DNA of 60,282 bases, the filler included, from Rhizaria sp. SCN 62-66 (lineage: Eukaryota): NCBI GenBank assembly GCA_001724265.1. It is 6 parts of 6 records of this genome, joined end to end, with 100 filler letters (N's around TTAATTAATTAA, not from the genome) between each part and the next. Parts side by side here need not be neighbours in the genome. Positions count along the whole stretch, not along the records: positions 9,954 to 18,295 come from MEDY01000587.1; positions 18,396 to 32,435 come from MEDY01000588.1; 4 more parts are not named here. One strand, written 5' to 3'. Each line of letters begins with the position of its first letter. Positions within the stretch are counted from its first letter, which is position 1. This document shows, in pieces, positions 11,242 through 24,622 of the stretch. The notes under the pieces are model-generated. The model was not told the origin of the DNA. It made no database searches and worked only from the letters and a program-made list of their open reading frames with translations. The position numbers and the translations under genes were made by a program.

Positions 11242-14200
11242 AGGTGGCTGCTGCTGCTGCTGATGTTGTTGCTGCTGTTGATGCTGCGGCTGTCCGTGCT
11301 GCTGCTTGTGGTGTTGCTTGTGCTGATGCTGCTGCTGTTGCTGCTGTTGTGGCTGGGCTCCACGGGCGTGAGCGTTCGCAGACGACGGCTGTCCTTGGCC
11401 CTGCATCTGAGCCTGCTGCGGCTGCTGATACTGCTGCTGTTGCTGAGGCTGGCGCTGTCTGCCAGCCTGGTGCTGCTGGTGCTGCTGTTGCTGCTTACCC
11501 ACAAAGCCCTGTCCAGAGCCAGGATAGGCCTGCTGATGCTGCTGATGAGCAGCGTGTTGCTGATACTGCTGCTGGTGCGGCGATTGCTGCTGCTGCGGCG
11601 GCGGCGGCGGCGGCGGCGGCTGTGGCTGCGCATACTGCTGCTGTTGCTGCTGGTGCTGATGCTGCTGTTGCTGATGCTGTGAGTGGCCGTGCTGTGCAGC
11701 GTGCTGCGCAGGATGGAACGGCTGGTACTGGCCGTGCGGCGCGCCGCCGAAGTGGCCGTGGGCCGGTCCAACCGAGACGGCCGCCGCGCTAACGAGCTCG
11801 CTCGTCGTCTTGTACTCGCCCAGCACGTCCAGCAGCTCGGCAGTCATCGCCGCGGTCGCCTCGGCCTCGGCCTCCGCGGCGGCCACCGTCGAGACCACCG
11901 ACGCCTCCGCCGCGGCGGCCGCGATGGCCAGCGCGCTCGTGGGGCGGCCCACCTTGCCTGAGCCGCCGCTGCCGCTCTCGCTCGCGGCGTAGCCCAGCGC
12001 GGTCAGCATGCCGCCGCCGCCGCCGCCGCCGCTGCCGGCGGTGACGCTGCCGGGCATGGTGAAGACCGACGCGAGCCCGCGGCCGACGGGGGCAGAGGCC
12101 ACGCCCACGGGCGCGCCGGGCCCGCCGCCGCCGCCGCCACCGCCGAGGGGCAGCGCGCCGTCGTCGCCGTAGGGGTCGACCGCGCCCTCGCCGTCGCCCG
12201 CGCCCTCGCCGCCCGCAGCGCCGCCACCGCCGCCGCCCGCGCCGCTAGAGACGCTGTGGTAGCCGCCACTGCGGCTGCCGACGGCGCGCATGCCCGCGCC
12301 GCCCGCGCCGCCGCCGCCGCCGCCGCCGTGCGTGCCGTAGCGGTGGTTGGCGGCCGCGGCAAGCCCGGCCGCGAGCTGTGCGGCGGAGCGGGCCGCGGTG
12401 GGCGCAGGCGTGTGCGACAGCATCTGCAGGAAGGTGGTGGCGCCGATGACGAGCCGGCGAGCGTGCAAGTATTGCAAATACGACGACCACATAGCGTTGT
12501 AGGCGAGGCAGCGCGCGTTGCCGACGATGATGAGCCCGCGCTTGGCGCGCGTGACGGCGACGTTGAGGCGGCGGATGTCCTGCAGGAAGCCGAGCGAGCC
12601 GCGCGGGTTGGAGCGCACGCAGGTGAGGATGATCACCTCCTTCTCGCGGCCCTGGAAACCGTCGACGGACTTGACCTCGACGCGGCGCAGGTTGAGCTCG
12701 TCGGCGGCCTGCTGGCGCGCGGGCGTCGCCGCAGCCAGCACGTGCGGCTGGAACTCGCCGTGGATGCCCTCGAAGTTGCTCTGCAGGCGGTGCAGCTGCT
12801 GCCGCACGGCGCGCACCTGCCCCACGTAGGGCGTCACGACGCCGATCTGCCGCGCGTTGATGCTCGCGCCGAAGAGCGACGGCAGGTCCGCGCTGTTGCG
12901 CAGCGTGGCCGCAAGCGGCGCCGGCAGCGGCAGCCGCGTCATCGGCGGCGCCGAGGCGTGCGCGTAGCCGCGGGCCCACAGAGGCACCTCCGCCTTGCCG
13001 CCGCCGCTGCCGCCGGCCGCGACGTCGACGCCGGCCATCGCGGTCGAGAGCGTGCGCGCAAACTGCGACGAGTAGTCGGCGCCTGACGCGTTGGCCACGA
13101 AGAACGACGACTGCAGGTCTGCGCACAGCTCAGACAGCGCCTGGGGCGGCAGCGAGACTGTGGGGGCGACGGCAGCGGCGGAGGCGGCGGCAGCGGCGGC
13201 GGCGGCGGCGGAGGCCGCGGCAGCGCTGTTGCTGTTGCTGCTGCCTTCGGCCGACGCAGCGGCGGCCGCGGCGGCCGCCTGCGCCTGCGCCTGCGCCTGC
13301 GCCTGCGCCTGCGCCTGCGCGTAGACGCCGAAGCGCGCGCCTTCGGTGGTGTGCTGGAACTGGACGAGCGCGGCGGCGACGGCGGCGACGACGGCGGCCT
13401 CGTCGGTGTTGCGCTTCGACGCACCGTGCGACACGGCGTCTTCTTCGCTCGAGACGTCGATGAACAGCACCGGCTGCAGCCCGAAGCCAGTCGCCGTGAG
13501 CCGGAACAGGTCCGGGCCGCCGGAGCCCGCGCCGGGGGCAGCGCCCCCTGCGCTCGAGCCGGCAGTGCCCGCGTTTGCAGCAGAGGCGGAAGAGCCGGCG
13601 TTGCTGCCAGCAGCAGAAGAAGAAGCAGAGGCTGCCGCTGCGGCGGCGGCGTTGGCCGTGGCAGTCGCAGTGGGCGAGCTCTCTTCGCCAATGCGCTGAG
13701 TGAGGTTCAGAGTCAGGGCCCAAGGCAGGCCCGGAGGGGGCTTGCGGAGCCACGCGGCGCGGTCGCCGAGTCCTACAAAGAGAGCATAATCAATGGGGAG
13801 ATACAGAAGTGAGACAATTATCGTTTAAAAAAAAGCGTTTCGTCAAAAAGTACATGAATTCAATACTTCAAAAAAATCTAATTTCCCTGATCTGTTGCAT
13901 TTGTCACGATAGCTTGCGTTTCACGAGATCTTGCGTTTCGCTGGAGTGCAGGAAAGGGACATACCGGGGTCGAGCTTGCCCGCGTAAAAGGCCGCGCTGG
14001 GCCAGGCGGCGACGAGCGGGTGCATGCGGTACTGCAGCGTAAGCAACGACGGCAGCACGCGGTCCAGGATGTTCACCGCGGCCACCGCGCGCGACATGCG
14101 CTGAGTCTTGGTCAGCGCCCCGCCAGCCAGCCTCGCAGCACCAGCAGAGCCGGCGACGACGAGTGCGGTGCTGAGGCTGCTGTGCGCGCGCGACGCCGCG

Positions 14201-17200
14201 ACGGGCGTGGCGACGGGGAAGCGCTGCTTGAGCGTGGACACGTTGAGCGACGACGCCATGAGCTGGCGCTCAAACAGACTGACGTGCAGTCCGCCCATCT
14301 TGAGCCGCTCCGAGGCGGCCACGGGCGGCAGCTGGCACTGGTCGCCGATGAGCACCACGCGCGCGTACGAGGCCAGCGGGCGCTGCAGCGAGTGCGCCGG
14401 GAAGGCCTGCGCGACGGTGTCGAGCGAGGGGGAGCTCGTGCCCAGCGGCACCGCGAAGTCCGAGAGGCCGGGCGTGCTGTAGCCCGACACCGCAGGCGCC
14501 GTCAGCGGCAGCGCGCCGCCGTCGGAGCCGCCGCCGTTGTGGCTCTGCGCGTGCGTCGCGGCCGGGTGTGCGTGCGCGTACATCGACGCGCGCAGCTCCT
14601 GCCCGGGCGGCGACGGCGCGAGCTTGCTGATGGGGATCAGACACGCCGGCTCGGGCGCCTGCGTGCACTCATCGACGAGCACCAGCGTGAAGCGCGAGTC
14701 AGAAAGCAGCGGCGCGCCCGCACCGACGCACGTGCAGCACACTACGGCTGCCTCGTCGAGCACGCGCGAGTAGGCCTTGTACTCGAGCAGACGCATGCGC
14801 TTCTGGTCGTCGCCGAGCTGCTGCTGCAGCTGTGCGACGGTGTTGCGCATCTGGCCCAGCCGGTCCTCCGCGCGCTGCAGCGCCAGGGTCTCGGTGCTGT
14901 TGTTGCCGGCACTGTTGTAGCCCAGCTGGCCGCCCAGGTGCCCGCGCAGCCGCATGCGGATGCCATCGACGATGCCGCTGTGCTCCGACATGCGCGCCGT
15001 GCACTCGCGCAGCTGCTGCTGCGTCGCGCGGAAGCGCTCCGACAGCATGCCCAGCGAGCGCGCGAATGCCGGGTGGCGTTGCGCGCGCGCCTCGAGCGTC
15101 GACGGGTACAGGTCGGGGTGGATGCGTGAGGTGTCGCCGACGCGGACGACCGAGTAGTGGCGGCGCGCCGAGTGCTCGCGGCCCGCGGGCGAGTCGGGCG
15201 CCACCAGCGGGGGCTCGCCAGGCGGGCGCGAATAGGTGCGGTCCGAGGCCAGCGAGAAACCGGGCAGCGAGAGGATACGCGACAGCAGCTGGTCCGCGGC
15301 AACATTGGAGAAGGCCGTCGCGAGCACGGGGCCGTAGCCCGTGCGAGGCGGCACCCACCGCGCAAAGGCCAGCCCCTGCGTCTGTGCGGAGGACAGCGCC
15401 GCGAGCGACGGCAGGCCCAGCGGCGCGAGCAGCGGCGGCAACGGCGACTGGGGCAACGGTGACGGGAAGTACGGTGCCGCCGCGGCGGTGAACGCGGCCG
15501 AGCCCGCGCCGTGGTTGTTGCCGTGGCCGCCGCCGGAGAAGGTGGGCGTGAAGGGCGTCGCGCGCAGCGAGAGCGAGCTGGACGCGGTCGTGCGGAGATC
15601 GGACGGGGTGACGTCGAGCTCGAGCCCGCTGGCGCTGGCGCTGCGGCTGGCGCTGCTCGCGGAGCCGCCGCTGCTGCTGCTGGGACCGCGCGCCGCCGGG
15701 TTGAGGTGGTTGCGGCTGAGACCACTGGTCTTCATCATCATCACCATCTCTGCATCGTTATCGTCCGCTTCGTCGTCATCGTCGTCGTTGTCGAGGTCGT
15801 TGATGTTCTTGGCGTTTGCACTCGTTGCGCTGCCGTCGTCGTCGTCATCATCGTCGTCGTCCTCGTCCTCCTCCTCGTCGAGGCGCAGGTCGTCGATGTT
15901 GTACACGTCCTGCGCGCGCGCGTTAAGCCACGGCGCGCTCTCGACCTCGGCGCCCACGACCTGCGTCCACACCCACACCAGGTGCGCCACCGTCTGCGTC
16001 TTGCCGGTGCCGGGCGGGCCCTGGATCAGCGTCACCGACTGCCGCAGCACGGCCATCACGGCCGCGCGCTGCGAGTCGTTGAGCGCCGTCGCCGACGCCA
16101 GCGCGGCCGCGGCGCGGGCCAGGTCCGCGGGCGGGAGCGGGTTACTGTTGGCCTGCGGGTGCAGCGCCGTCTCGGCCAGCGTGGGGAAAAGAACGCCGCC
16201 TGAGGCGTCGAGCGTGACCGACTCGCTGTGCGAGAGGCCGTGCGAGCCGCCAGCCCACTCGTCCTCCTCATCCTTGCTATCTTCGCACACGCCACCATCC
16301 TTGCACTCCTCGCTGTCGCCGTCGCGGCCGCCACTCGCGCCGTCGCCGTCGTCGTCCTCATCGTCGTCGTCGCTGTTGTGCTCACAGTCGCTCTCGATGT
16401 CCTCGTCGACGCCGTCGCCGTCGTCGCCAGCGCCGGCGCCGCTGCTGTTGGCCCCGAGCGCGCGCGCGATGGCGCCCGTGTCGAGCAGCAGCAGCTCCGC
16501 TGGCAGCGGGCCCGAGTAGCCGCCGCCACCGCTGCCGCCGCCGCTGAGGTTGAGGTTCAGGCTCACACCGCGGTCGCGCCCTCCGCCGTGGCCGCCCGTG
16601 CACGTGGGCGTGGTCGCCGTCAGCCGCGTCGCCGCGGCCGTCACAAGCTTCGACAGCAGCGCTACGTACGCGGGCTGAATCAGCGCGCCGCGGCGCGTGC
16701 GCACGTACGCCGCGCCCGACGCAACCTGCGCGGCGACAGCGGCCTCGGTCTCCGCGCTGACTGGGGCGCCCGCAGAGCCGCCAGCAGCCGCAGCGGCGGC
16801 CGCGGGGGCAACGCCGGGGACGCTGACGGCAGTCGAGCGCGCGCCGGCGCTCGCGCCGCTGGCCGTGGCGCCGGCGCTGTGACAGAGCAACGGTGGCGCA
16901 ATGACCGTAGTGAGGTCGTTGGCGCGCACGATGTCGTGACCGCGCGGTAGCAGCAGGCGCACAGCCTGCCACACCGGCGCCAGTGCGGCGGCCGCGGCCG
17001 CGGCGGACGCGGCGGCCACCGCGGCGGCGCGGTTGCCTGCGGTGGTGGCCGCGAAGGTGTCGTCGAAGCCGTCGTAGCTCATCACGGTGCCCGCGGCGGC
17101 GCCGCCGTTGGCCCCGGCGGCCGCAGAGGGCGACGACAGCAAGCCGGCGGCGCGCGCGCGGACGAGGGCCAGCTCGTGCGGCAGCGGCACCTCGCGCAGC

Positions 17201-18295
17201 GCGGGGCGCGCGTCCGAGTGGCGCGCCAGCCGGGCCAGCGCCGCGGGCGACACCAGCAGCATCTCGCTCGCACTGCTGTTTGCACTGTGCTGACCGTAGT
17301 TGTTGTTGTTAGCGTTGGCGTTGTTGATGCAGCCGCTGTCGATGTGCTTGGCCTCGCTGGAGATCGTGTACAGCGGGTCCGCGAAATCGCCGTAGACCTG
17401 CGACGTCAAATCGGCCTGGAAGCTCGCCAGCACGGACTTCTTCGGCGCCGTCGACGACACGGGTGCGTTGAACATGTTGGCCACGTCGGGCCGCGGCGCG
17501 AAGGCCGCAATGCGTAGCGGGTGCGCCGCGAGCGCCGTCACGTGGCTGCTGGTCGCGATGGGCGCGAGAACCGCGGACGCCGGCGTCCACGCGATGCCGC
17601 CCGCAGAGCGGGGGCGACCGTGGCCGTGGGCGGAGTGACCGTGGGCGGCCGCAGCCTTGCGGGTGGCGTTCGCCAGCGTCCACACCGCGTTCGACGCGGC
17701 GGTTCTCGTCGCCGCGCCAGCGCCCGCAGCAGAGGCGGCGCCGGCGGCCGTGAGCGTCGCGCTGGCCGCGAGGGCCTTCTTGGCGGCATCGTGCGCGAGG
17801 TCCGCGGCGCCGCTGGCGTGCGCAGCGGCGACGTCGGTGTTGTCGGTCGCGAAGCCGCAGACGGAGCACACCGCGAGGACCCAGCCGCGCGCGGCGGCGG
17901 TCGCCCCCAGCCCGGCCATAGTAGAGGGCGGGGCGCGCGTGAGACGCGGCACGTCGCCGACCTGGCCCGCGGGGCCCGCGCCGCGGGCGGTGCCAGCGCG
18001 GGGCAGCGCGGCGGCCGGCGCCTGGCCCGCAGGCGCGGCGGGCGCGGGGCGCAGCTGCGCGGTGAGCATGGCGGCCGCGGCGGCGGGAACGCGCGCGCGC
18101 AGCAGGGCAGTCGTCACCTGCAGCTGCGCTTTGGCCGTGGCGGCCGTGATGTCGGCAGAGGCGTAGGCGGCGCCGAGCACGGAGACCAGCGCGGCGGCGG
18201 CCTGCGCGGTCGCCGCGGCCGTCGGAGCGTAGGCCCCGTTGCGCACCGTCAGCACGGGGTCCAGGTACGAGCGCAGCGCGTGGTAGGGCGTGCTG
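10879..18295 (-). CDS. UPF1/DNA2/NAM7-like superfamily 1 helicase, 5'-truncated; exons >18295-13965 and 13772-10879
   Basis: LNDSQ (Q motif), IQGPPGTGKT, ATAFSNVAADQL, VLVDECTQ, LIGDQCQLPP, LQYRMHP, SVDGFQGREKE and RRLNVAVTRAK. A GT-AG intron at 13964-13773 joins the two ORFs in frame. Poly-Q tail; ends in TAA. Confidence 0.92.
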
Positions 18296-18395
18296 NNNNN
18301 NNNNNNNNNNNNNNNNNNNNNNNNNNNNNNNNNNNNNNNTTAATTAATTAANNNNNNNNNNNNNNNNNNNNNNNNNNNNNNNNNNNNNNNNNNNN
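18296..18395. other. Artificial contig linker
   Basis: Same N44-TTAATTAATTAA-N44 spacer. Confidence 0.98.
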
Positions 18396-19431
18396 ATCCA
18401 ATTGTATTACAAAATCAACTTCCACCACAAATTTGCTTGGTCAACTACGGATATTTTAGCCACAGCTACGGATATTTTTGCCCGCAGTAGTACTTAGTAC
18501 AAGTCGACTGTTTCTCATTTTTTGACTGGGTTGTGGCAAAGAGCTTTTGATTTACTTGCATAGTTCGGGCATATAAAACACGCCGTCTGTGACGCTTATA
18601 CACGCGCTATGAAAGTATTGCTGAGCTCGAGTGCTGACGACGACGCATAGTTTCGAGAAGCGCGCGCAACCATCGCGCTTGCTGTACACTCGCCAGAGAG
18701 CTTATCAGCGTGGCAAGCACCTATAGAGGCTACAGCAGCAACATTTTTCTCTTGTCTGCGCAAATGTTTGGAGTTGACGCTTCGCGATTTGTGAGAGGTA
18801 ACGATCAAGCGCAACTTGAATTAAGTTACATTTTAGATGATAACTCAATTATATCTGTCAAACAACAAGAAGAATGGCACATCCACATATAATTGACATA
18901 TTTCATAAAATATCATGTAATTTCCTTATTTTATTTTAGTATAGGCTTATGTATTAATATCTGTGCTTGTCCCGTTTGCGCCGTACTACGACACCCGAAA
19001 GAAGCTCCTGTCAAGGCACACTGCAGCCGCACTAAGAGTAACAACGCACTGCCTTGGTTTTGCGCCTTCGTGCGTTTTCCCGCCTTTGGATGAGCCCGCC
19101 ACGGCCAAGACCGCGACACAGCCCGCGGGCGGCCGGTGTGACCTGTAACTTTGTGAGAGATATGTTGCACTATTTTGACCTTTTTATGTTTGAAATTAAA
19201 ACCAAACAGTGTAAAATACAGATTAATAAATGATATTAAGTCGGTGTTTCAAATAAACACTGTTACCGATCGCAAAAGAGATAACGGCGGCACAATGTTG
19301 CGCTTACACTCTGACCACCAGTCCAGTGCCGCGGCCGAACGAACGAGAAGCAGGCCGAGAGTGAGGACGACTTTGAACGTCTCTGCTGAGCGTTTTCGAA
19401 CGTCAGTAGGCTACGTAGTTGAACAACAAGA

Positions 19432-20219
19432 ATGAACTTTTGTCCCGAATGGTACGTTTTTAATTAAATCCGCAATGAGAGTACTTCTCCGTGTGGTGTG
19501 TCCTTCCGCGTGCGCCCGACTTCCGCAACCCAACGTCTCTCTCACTCCGCGCCGTCTGCCCCTCTTGTGCGCGCTCTTTGCTTCCACCGCAGCGATAACC
19601 TGATGTCCCCCAAGGCCATCAACAAGGAACTCTTCTACCAGTGCAACATCTGCGCCAGTAAGCCCCAGGTCCGCGCCGACAAGAAGAACTCCATGATCTT
19701 CTGCAAGGTGATCTCCGGCGGCAAGAGGTGCGTTCACTCTCTCTCTCTGGTTTGCCACGCAATCTTTCTTAATCTTTTCCACACGTCTTTCATTTCAAAT
19801 AATGTCTCTTATATATTTCTTTTTTGCTTATAATTTCTCTATTCACCCACATCTCCCTCACTTGTATCCCTCTAAAACCTCTCTCTATTTCTTTCTCTTC
19901 GCTTTCTCTTCGTTCTCTCGCCTGCTCACTCGCTCCGCTCTCTCGCTCGCTCTGCCTGATTCTACCCGACTCTGCCACGCCCTGCTGCGCCGCCCTTTCC
20001 CCCGCCCGCAGCACGGAGGAGACGTACGCGAACAAGGACATCATCCTGGACCCGACGCTTCCGCGCAAGATGGACCTCTGCTGCCCGCGCTGCGCCGCCG
20101 TGGGCCCCGTGTACTACCAACCCTCCGAGGAGTCGATGGCGCTCGCCTACGTCTGCCGCAATACCGCCTGCATTTTCTCCGGGGAGCTCAAGGATTATCG
20201 CAAGGTCGGCGCCAATTGA
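19432..20219 (+). CDS. RPB9: RNA polymerase subunit RPB9-like; exons 19432-19451, 19593-19727, 20012-20219
   Basis: MNFCPECDNLM...YQCNIC (first zinc ribbon), DPTLPR, CPRC...YVCRNTAC (second zinc ribbon). GT-AG introns keep the frame. Ends in TGA. Confidence 0.85.
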
Positions 20220-20532
20220 GCCCGGCGACGGTTGGAGCTGGAGCTGTATCCAAGCAATGTGACTCTCTGTCAGTGAACCAGCTGTGGCTCTACAGTTGTC
20301 GTTGTTTCTTCGCTGCGGAGCCTCACTATCATTGTTTGTTGTTGTATGTAAGAGACGCGAGTGGTCTCGGCCCGGGCGGTGGTGGCCGTGGCCGTGGCCG
20401 AGACTGTGAGACTGTAAGACCGTGACTGCATAACAGATAGATAAACTGCAGTAAAGCTATCGTGGTGAAACACATGAGGCGCGCTTTGTCCAGTCAGAGG
20501 ATGCAACCACGAATACAAATCGATCAGTCATA

Positions 20533-20645
20533 CAGCAGATAGTAAAATAGGGGGGTATAAATAGAATAATGACCGAGATGCCCCCAAAATCTCTATTCAT
20601 ACTATTTACACTTTTTCTATTTTCCCCCTATTTTACTATCTGCTA
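20533..20645. mobile_element. Putative MITE (Tc1/mariner-pogo-like) with 21-bp perfect inverted repeats and TA flanks
   Basis: AGCAGATAGTAAAATAGGGGG at 20534-20554 and its reverse complement at 20624-20644. TA at 20531-32 and 20646-47. AT-rich noncoding interior. Confidence 0.6.
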
Positions 20646-21364
20646 TACGTTAAGACACAGATAACATTACACCATATCACCCGGGTTTGATCATGAAATG
20701 CGGCTGATATCAGACAGAGTCCATTGAATGCGCGATTAACAGAGTAGTACGACTGCGCCGGAAGTTAGTTACTCTTGCGCAGGCGATGACGAGTGCGCAC
20801 ACGTGACTGCGTGACTCTTTCACAGTGCATATGTGGTTGTTTAATTGTACGAGCGAGAGGTAATGCGCTTTGACGGCATCCCGACATCTATCGTAGCCAA
20901 GAATCGATCGATCTCGATTCGATAAGTATAACTTAAAGGGAGATGTATTCGCGCTTTTACTCCGAAGTCGTCGATGATGTCAGCAGCTTGTTACTTCTAA
21001 AATATAAATATCCCGAATAACATGCAGCACACAGCAGGAACGAGCTGTTGTCAGATCAGTAGGAACACATAAGATAAGATAAAGACTTGAGTACGTACGG
21101 ACAACGCATGTACAAGCCTCGGTGTTTTGTTGTTGCTTTTTGTTAATATTGGGTAGTTTGTGGGGTGTTTTTGTGATGTTTTAATCCTTTTTCGTTTCGT
21201 TCATTGCTTCCTTCCATCGCTTGCTTGTTAAACAGGGTTACACAACAACTGCGTTCTTCGCAACTTCAAGTGCACTGCTGCACTTTAAGTGGCGAATTGC
21301 GCGCGTTCTGGCCCTAATGACTCACTCACTTCGGCGCTCGTCTCTGTTGCACAGACTCGGTCCC

Positions 21365-22062
21365 TTACATGGTGAAGAAGTAGACGACGGCGAGGACGGC
21401 GATGATGGCGGGGATGAGGAGCGGGCCGATGGAGCCGGCGCCAGAGGTGGGCGTGGTGCCCTTCATCAGCGCGTCGTCGTCGCCCTCGTAGCCGGCGACA
21501 GTGCCGACAAAAAAGTCCTTGACCTGCTCGCGGGCCGACTGGGAGTGGAAGATGTCCTCGAACTCGACCGTGCAGTCCTTGCCGCCGACCTACGAGACAG
21601 CGGAAAGAGAAACACAGAGAGAAAGAAACGGAGCGAAACGCGTGTGGGTCAAAGTGAAAAGACGAGAGTACAAGGACAAGACGTGAGTGTGTTGAGGTAA
21701 AATAGAGAATTAATACATATTTACTTAGGTAATTATATAAAGTATTACTTTTAGCGAAAAAATGAATCATTAAATCGTTTGGAGCACATGTCATATGCTG
21801 CATTGAGTGCAAAGTGCGAGCGTACCTGGAGGATGGACTCGGGGCCGCCGGGGTGCTTGGCGAGGAAGTCGGTGACGTCGTAGACCTTGCCGTGCAGAAT
21901 GATGTAGCACTTGTCGCTGTACTTGGCGGCCTGCTCCTTGAGGGACGCGGCCTCGGCGCCCGACGCGGCGGCGGCCTGCTTCTTGAGCTTGGCAGCGGTG
22001 ACACCGCCGTCGAAAAAGGCCACGGCCTCCTTGGTGAACTCCTTGGGAGCAGCCTTGGACAT
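21365..22062 (-). CDS. CYB5: Tail-anchored cytochrome b5; exons 22062-21826 and 21589-21365
   Basis: CYIILHGKVYDVTDFLAKHPGG...GGKDCTVEFEDIFHSQSAR and a C-terminal TM helix (LLIPAIIAVLAVVYFF). Ends in TAA. Confidence 0.92.
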
Positions 22063-23011
22063 TGCGAACGAAACTAGAGCGCGCAAACAGGGCGGGGAGG
22101 CGAAGAAACATGCAAAAGGGGCGGTGAGACGGCGCGGCAGGGGCGGTGGAGGTGTGGTCAGGAGTGCAGAATGCCTTCGCGCACAGTGCAGTCGAGAAAG
22201 GGTGATACAGCTCCAGACAGCGCAGTACGCGCGGTTTCAATTTATAAAACAGATAGCAGCGCAAATAACCCGCTTCAGAATCCAATCCTTTCGCTTAGAC
22301 ATGGACTCTAGCCCGAGTTCCACGCTGCTGCGCGCGCCTGACGAAGCGACGTCATGGCATTTCGATTTGCAACGGGAGGGTCCGAGCCGACCACATTTAG
22401 CCGGGACCGAAAAAACTGCAGCGACGAGCCAGCGAGCTGCGTGGGAAAAGCGCGTCTTTAAGTTTGACAATGCCCACTGTCGCCATTTTACGGGATTTGC
22501 GAATGTTTGAGTGCGTGGCGTTAGCCTTGATTACGTATGTTCGCAGCCCTTGACGTCCATATAGGCATGCATCTGGCCACTTGTGTGACTAGAGGGACAC
22601 CTTGATCGCGACTACTTCCAGTGCATAGAACATCTATCAAAGCTTCAACCTAAGACTGACCGCTCTATCAGCTAGATACAACATGCACCAAGCTGCTTTC
22701 TAGCGGCACCTTGAGCTATAAGATGCGGTCTATGTATCTGTAGACGGGCCTGATGTTCGGCTTCGACTCGCAGTGTCGACGACATCCGGATCTTAATCCA
22801 ATTTTCAGAGGCGATATCGCGATAGTTTGATCGTTAAAGTGGATTTTTTCACAGAGAAAGATCCATAAGACACTATTGAGAAACTGTTTCTAAATCATTT
22901 TTTGTTGCGCGCTCGTTCTTTGCAGCCATAATTGCACTCTCGTCTCTGCCAATTTCCTCATCCTACTACCTGCATGCTTCATGCCCTGTTTCCACACCGC
23001 TGCGCAGCTAG

Positions 23012-23921
23012 ATGGCCGATAAGGACTACGTTCCCCCCATGCCCGATGCTGTGAGCCTTGATGTCGAGACCTGTCCCAAGGTGTGCGCCGGCAAGGCCTT
23101 TATCCCTCCCCACCGCACCGACAAGACCGAGTCTGACATGGAGGACATCGTCATCGTACGTCTCTCCCCTCACTTTAGCAAACAAATAACGCCTTTAAAC
23201 AAACTTTAATCAATGTATTTTTATCAATTCGTATATAATTTACAATAGTATGTGTAAATAGCATGATTTATTTCCACGAAACTAATATTTAATTGCTAAC
23301 GCCTTGCATTTGTTAACTTTGCCTCTTGTCCACCGGATCTAGGACGGAATCGCTCGCAAGCGCCCCACGACGATCCGGTACCTGTGTTCTTTCCGCCGGC
23401 ACCTGGAGGTGGACACGCCGTACCGCTGGTGCGCATGCGGCAAGTCCGCGGACGTGCTGTGCGACGACTCGTGCGGCCCGCTGGACCTGGCCCCGCTCGA
23501 GTTCAAGCTCGCCAAGGAGGTCACGTGGAACGCGCTGTGCGCGTGCCGCTTCACGTCCGCGCCGCCGTTCTGCGACGGGCAGCATTACGAGCCGCAGGTG
23601 GGGCAGGACGAGTTCGCCGAGGAGCAGGGACTGCCGCTGCCGCCCAACGCCGCGGCCTGGAGGGAGGAGAAGGCCGCGCTCGACGCCGCCACCAAGGCCG
23701 CCAAGAAGGTCAAGGCGGACATTCGCGCCGCCGCGAGCGCGGCCGGTGCGCCCATCGCGGCCGCGGACGTGGTCGTGCCGCCCGGCGCCGTCGTCGTCCC
23801 CGGCAAGCGCCCCCACGGCTGCACCGGCGCCTGCGCCCGCGCCAAGAAGTTCGCCGCCGCGGGCGTCGTGGAGGAGATCGAGACTGTGGGCAGCGCCTGC
23901 GGGCTCGGGGATAGCAAGTGA
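23012..23921 (+). CDS. CDGSH iron-sulfur protein with two motifs (CISD3/MiNT-like); exons 23012-23155 and 23343-23921
   Basis: YRWCACGKSADVLCDDSC and ALCACRFTSAPPFCDGQH. GT-AG intron in phase 0. Ends in TGA. Confidence 0.8.
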
Positions 23922-24060
23922 ACACGCGAGGAACGCGTGGAACACACGCGTGACGGAACACGTGACTGACTGTGGGATGTGACTGTGAGCTGTGACTGTA
24001 CGGAGACAGGGGGGCCAGGGCCTGCCTGGAACTGACTGAGTGAGCGTGCTGCTGTGCAGT

Positions 24061-24250
24061 GCTATGCTATGCTATGCTATGCTATGCTATGCTATGCTAT
24101 GCTATGCTATGCTATGCTATGCTATGCTATGCTATGCTATGCTATGCTATGCTTGCTATGCTATGCTATGCTATGCTATGCTATGCTATGCTATGCTATG
24201 CTATGCTATGCTATGCTATGTTATGTTATGCGATGCTATGTTTTGCTATG
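24061..24250. repeat. (GCTAT)n pentanucleotide microsatellite
   Basis: Over 30 near-perfect GCTAT units between the convergent 3' ends of the CDGSH and ACL4 genes. Confidence 0.97.
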
Positions 24251-24622
24251 CTGCACTTTAAAGAACTTTCTTGTTTCCAGGTTTTCAGTGTGAGTGAACG
24301 ACGTTGTTGCGCTAATATGTATGGCTCAACCAGTGACATCGTTTTATCACACTTTATTTATCACAAATGCTGGCCCATGACTTAACAACAATATGAACTG
24401 CAATACAGTCTGATGATTGAAGAACAACAAACGAGCATTGATAGATATGAAAAAATGCTTGAATTTATGTATTACCTCCTGACTGTGCACACACACAGAC
24501 TGACCACTCACAACAACAGATGTGTGGCCACTCACCACGCGAGCCTCGGAATGCTTGCGTTCTCAGCTTACGCAACACGTCAACACCAGATTAGTCATTT
24601 TGCGCTGTCATGTAAGTCCACT

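Noticed and set aside
18640-18892. Short ORF-like segment at the start of contig 3
   Set aside because: No motif or splice support.
24040-24385. ORFs with (MLCYA)n repeats
   Set aside because: Translations of the GCTAT microsatellite.
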